From an uncultured delta proteobacterium (lineage in GTDB: Bacteria > Myxococcota_A > Polyangia > Fen-1088), in contig CAWCMR010000025.1 in assembly GCA_963796685.1 (NCBI GenBank), positions 800,001 to 864,000 on the forward strand: a stretch of 64,000 bases of DNA, in the 5' to 3' direction. Below, piece after piece: positions 61,035 through 64,000 of this stretch. The position numbers were made by a program, and so were the translations under genes. Each line of letters begins with the position of its first letter. Within the stretch, counting starts at the first letter, position 1. The notes below the pieces were generated by a model, which was not told the DNA's origin, did no database searches, and was given only the letters and a program-made list of their open reading frames with translations.

Positions 61035-61158
61035 TCGTCGTACGGGTGAAGACATGAGCACCGCGGATGTGGAGGTGCCGGTTGCGGAAGGTCTGATCGA
61101 CATCGAGGGAACCTCGAACGCGAGCAGGGTGAAGAACATCGCCTTCCAAGGCATCACC
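61035..61158 (+). pseudogene. Short fragment resembling a beta-helix (GH141-like) protein
   Basis: GEDMSTADVEVPVAEGLIDIEGT..SRVKNIAFQGIT without plausible start or continuation. Confidence 0.35.
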
Positions 61159-61747
61159 TCTCCGCCTCCACATGCTCGGCCAAGGCGCGCTCGATGCGGC
61201 GGTCGGGGATGAGCCACAGAACGGCCACGGCGAGGTAGAGGGCGTTGGCGAGCCAGGTGCTGACGAAGGCGAGGGCGATGGCGGCGAGGTAGGTCACGGG
61301 CGAGAGCTTGCCTTTGAGGTCGCGGCCGACGGCTGTGGCGAGCAGGGAGGAGGGGCCGTGGCGGGCGATGATGGCGCGTTGGAGGATGTAATACGCGATG
61401 GCGGCCATGAACAGGACGAACCCGTAGACGGCGGCCGGGGTGGCGTCGAGGTGGTGCTCGCCCATCCAGCCGGTGGTGAACGGAAACAGGGAGAGCCAGA
61501 ACAGGAGATGCAGGTTGGCCCACAGGATGCCGCCGCTGACGTGGCGAACGGAATGAAACAGGTGGTGATGGTTGTTCCAGTAGATGCCCACGTAGAGGAA
61601 GCTGAGCACGTAGCTGGCGAAGATCGGCAATAGGGGCCGCAGCGCTGCCAGGCCCGTGCCCCGCGGGACTTTCAGCTCCAGCACCATGATGGTGATGATG
61701 ATGGCCAGCACGCCATCGCTGAAGGCCTCGACACGGTTGCGCTTCAT
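61154..61747 (-). CDS. TMEM175 family potassium channel (DUF1211)
   Basis: RVEAFSDGVLAIIITIMVLEL, YWNNHH, LFPFTT. Confidence 0.92.
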   Translation of the reverse strand: MKRNRVEAFSDGVLAIIITIMVLELKVPRGTGLAALRPLLPIFASYVLSFLYVGIYWNNHHHLFHSVRHVSGGILWANLHLLFWLSLFPFTTGWMGEHHLDATPAAVYGFVLFMAAIAYYILQRAIIARHGPSSLLATAVGRDLKGKLSPVTYLAAIALAFVSTWLANALYLAVAVLWLIPDRRIERALAEHVEAER

Positions 61748-61874
61748 CCGCAACGAACGCTAGCATACGCGGGTTCCCGAGCCACGACTGGGGCCCGGAC
61801 GCGGGAGCACGTAACGGACCATTTGGCCGTCGCCTTCCATCGACGGGGATCGTCTCAAGCGCGGTCTCGATCGT

Positions 61875-63176
61875 CTACGACACGACGGCCGGGCTGGTCT
61901 TGGGCGCAACCTCGGTAGCGGCGGCGACCGCCAGGTCGGCGTGGCCGTAGGTCGAGCTGCCGATGGAGTAGCCTTCCTCGCCGTGCAGATTGATGTCGAG
62001 GCCTTCGCGCTCTTCATCGGCGGTGACGCGTAGGCCGACAGTGGCGTCCACGACCTTCAGGATGACCAGCGTACCGGCGACCGAGAACGCGACGGTGACG
62101 GCGACCGCCAAGAGCTGCTTGCCCAGGAACGTGGCATCGCCGGTGATGAGCCCATCCGCGCCGCTGGCGTTCCAGGCCTTGGTCGCGAACACGCCGAGCA
62201 GGATGGTGCCGACCGCGCCGCCCACGCCATGAACGCCGAAGGCATCCAAGGTGTCGTCGTAGTTGAGCTTGCTCTTGAGCATGACGGCGCCGTAGCAGGC
62301 GAGTCCTGCGGCCGTGCCGATGGCGATGGCACCCATGGGGCCGACGAAGCCCGAGGCCGGGGTCACGGTGGCAAGACCGGCGACGAGGCCCGAGGCGAAG
62401 CCGAGCGCCGACGCCTTGCCGTAGCGGATCACGTCGATGAGCATCCACGCCGTGCCGCCCGCGGCCGCCGCCAGCTGGGAATTGACCAAGGCCAGGGTGG
62501 CGATGCCCGAGGCGCCGAGCGCGCTGCCGCCGTTGAAGCCGAACCAGCCGAACCAGAGAATGCCCGCGCCGAGCAGCACCATGGTCAGGTTGTGGGGAAG
62601 GCTGCGCTCGCGCGGATAGCCGATGCGCTTGCCCACCACCAGAGCCACGACCAGGGCCGACACGCCCGAGCTGACGTGGACCACGATGCCGCCCGCGAAG
62701 TCGAGCACTCCCATCTTGGCCATCCAGCCGCCGCTGCCCCAGACCCAGTGGGCCAGGGGATCATAGACCAGGGTCGCCCACAGGATGGTAAACAGGGCGT
62801 AGGCCGAGAACTTGAGACGCTCGGCGTAGGCGCCCGAGATGAGCGCGGGGGTGATGATGGCGAACATCATCTGGTAGGCGAAGAACAGCATGTGCGGGAT
62901 GGTGTCGCCCTGGCGCGGCGCCAGATCCACGCCGCGCATGAACGCAAAGGACAGCCCCCCGATGAGACCGCCATGATCGGGCCCGTAGGCCAGCGAATAC
63001 CCGAAGAGCGTCCATTGCAAGGTCAGAAGGCCCAGCACCACGAAGCTGTGCATGAAGGTGGAGAGGACGTTCTTGGTGCGGACCAGGCCGCCGTAGAAGA
63101 GCGCCAAGCCGGGCATCATGAGCAACACGAGCCCTGTCGAAATGAGCATCCATGCGGTGTCGCCGGTATTGATCAT
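61875..63176 (-). CDS. amtB: Ammonium transporter
   Basis: GDTAW, PGLALFYGG, QMMFAIITPAL, DFAGG.VVH, WFGWFGFNGGS, DDTLDAFGVHG. Confidence 0.96.
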   Translation of the reverse strand: MINTGDTAWMLISTGLVLLMMPGLALFYGGLVRTKNVLSTFMHSFVVLGLLTLQWTLFGYSLAYGPDHGGLIGGLSFAFMRGVDLAPRQGDTIPHMLFFAYQMMFAIITPALISGAYAERLKFSAYALFTILWATLVYDPLAHWVWGSGGWMAKMGVLDFAGGIVVHVSSGVSALVVALVVGKRIGYPRERSLPHNLTMVLLGAGILWFGWFGFNGGSALGASGIATLALVNSQLAAAAGGTAWMLIDVIRYGKASALGFASGLVAGLATVTPASGFVGPMGAIAIGTAAGLACYGAVMLKSKLNYDDTLDAFGVHGVGGAVGTILLGVFATKAWNASGADGLITGDATFLGKQLLAVAVTVAFSVAGTLVILKVVDATVGLRVTADEEREGLDINLHGEEGYSIGSSTYGHADLAVAAATEVAPKTSPAVVS

Positions 63177-63386
63177 GTCGAGCAGGTTGCATCCAGGAAA
63201 AAACCGAGAAAAGTGCAGGTTTCATACGACTTGCATAATTTGCCTTGGCGACACTCGGAAGTAACCGCGATTTATTCATTCAGATACTTGAAAGAAACAA
63301 TAGCCTTCGTCACGGCGTGTTTCCGTCCGTTCTTGGTTGTATTCGCGGGTGGCGCGCATGGTTTTGACACGTTATAGACAGTCGCG

Positions 63387-64000
63387 GTGAACCAGCAGGG
63401 TGACACGCCGGCCGTTGCTTGTCGGGGCTTGCGCAAAGTCTTCGACGGCCGGCATGGGCTCTTTCGCAAGCCCTCGCCCGCCGTGGTCGCCGTCGATGGC
63501 CTGGACCTGCGCATCGAGCGTGGGGAGTGCTTTGGCTTGCTGGGGCCGAATGGCTCAGGCAAGACCACGACGGTCGAAATGCTGGAAGGCCTGCTTGCGC
63601 CCAGCGCGGGGGAGGTGGAGTTGCTGGGCCTGCGCTGGCAAAGCCATGAGGACAGATTGCGCGAACGCGTGGGCGTGGCCTTGCAAGAGACCCACTTGCC
63701 CGAGAAGCTGATGGTCGAAGAGCTGCTCACGCTCTTTCGCAGCTTCTATCGCAGGCCGCGCCCGCTGGCGGAGCTCCTGGCAGAGGTCGAGCTCGAGGAG
63801 AAACGGCGCTCGTGGGTGGGCAAGCTGTCGGGCGGGCAGCGCCAGCGATTGGCCATCGCATGCGCCATGGTGGGCGAGCCCGAAGTGCTCTTCCTCGACG
63901 AGCCGACCACAGGGCTGGATCCGCAGTCGCGACGCCAGGTGTGGGGGCTCGTCTCCGCCTACCGCGCGCGCGGCGGCACCGTGGTGTTGACCACGCACTA
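63387..64000 (+). CDS. ABC transporter ATP-binding protein (runs off window)
   Basis: GPNGSGKTT, LSGGQRQR, LFLDEPTTGLD, TTH. Confidence 0.92.
   Translation, partial: MNQQGDTPAVACRGLRKVFDGRHGLFRKPSPAVVAVDGLDLRIERGECFGLLGPNGSGKTTTVEMLEGLLAPSAGEVELLGLRWQSHEDRLRERVGVALQETHLPEKLMVEELLTLFRSFYRRPRPLAELLAEVELEEKRRSWVGKLSGGQRQRLAIACAMVGEPEVLFLDEPTTGLDPQSRRQVWGLVSAYRARGGTVVLTTH

Noticed and set aside
1-64000. rRNA, tRNA, tmRNA or riboswitch (including a SAM riboswitch before metK)
   Set aside because: No recognisable conserved motifs by eye; the metK leader is too short. An Infernal scan would be needed to exclude them.

Overview
GC-rich bacterial DNA that looks like a myxobacterium (Myxococcota/Polyangia-like). 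The evidence is its many Gly/Asp-rich and Cys-rich lipoproteins and its ECF/TPR modules. Housekeeping genes (argH, hisB-H-A-F, metK, dacB, comM/yifB-recA, amtB) are interspersed with secreted repeat proteins, GH8/GH3 hydrolases, GT2/GT-C glycosyltransferases and two ECF sigma loci. No rRNA, tRNA or CRISPR array was recognised. Most notable: (1) a PlpX-like radical SAM/SPASM 'splicease' encoded directly behind a Gly-rich lipoprotein carrying three repeated XYG cassettes; (2) a 466-bp GxxExxY nuclease cassette bounded by perfect inverted arrays of a 9-bp unit and a 6-bp direct repeat, inserted non-polarly between comM and recA; (3) an EXPERA/SDR/5-alpha-reductase-like candidate sterol-tailoring operon; (4) a disintegrin-repeat/FN3 lipoprotein; (5) seven frameshifts of the same sign, probably sequencing artefacts near AGCT/GATC. 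All family calls come from motif recognition by eye, not from database searches.
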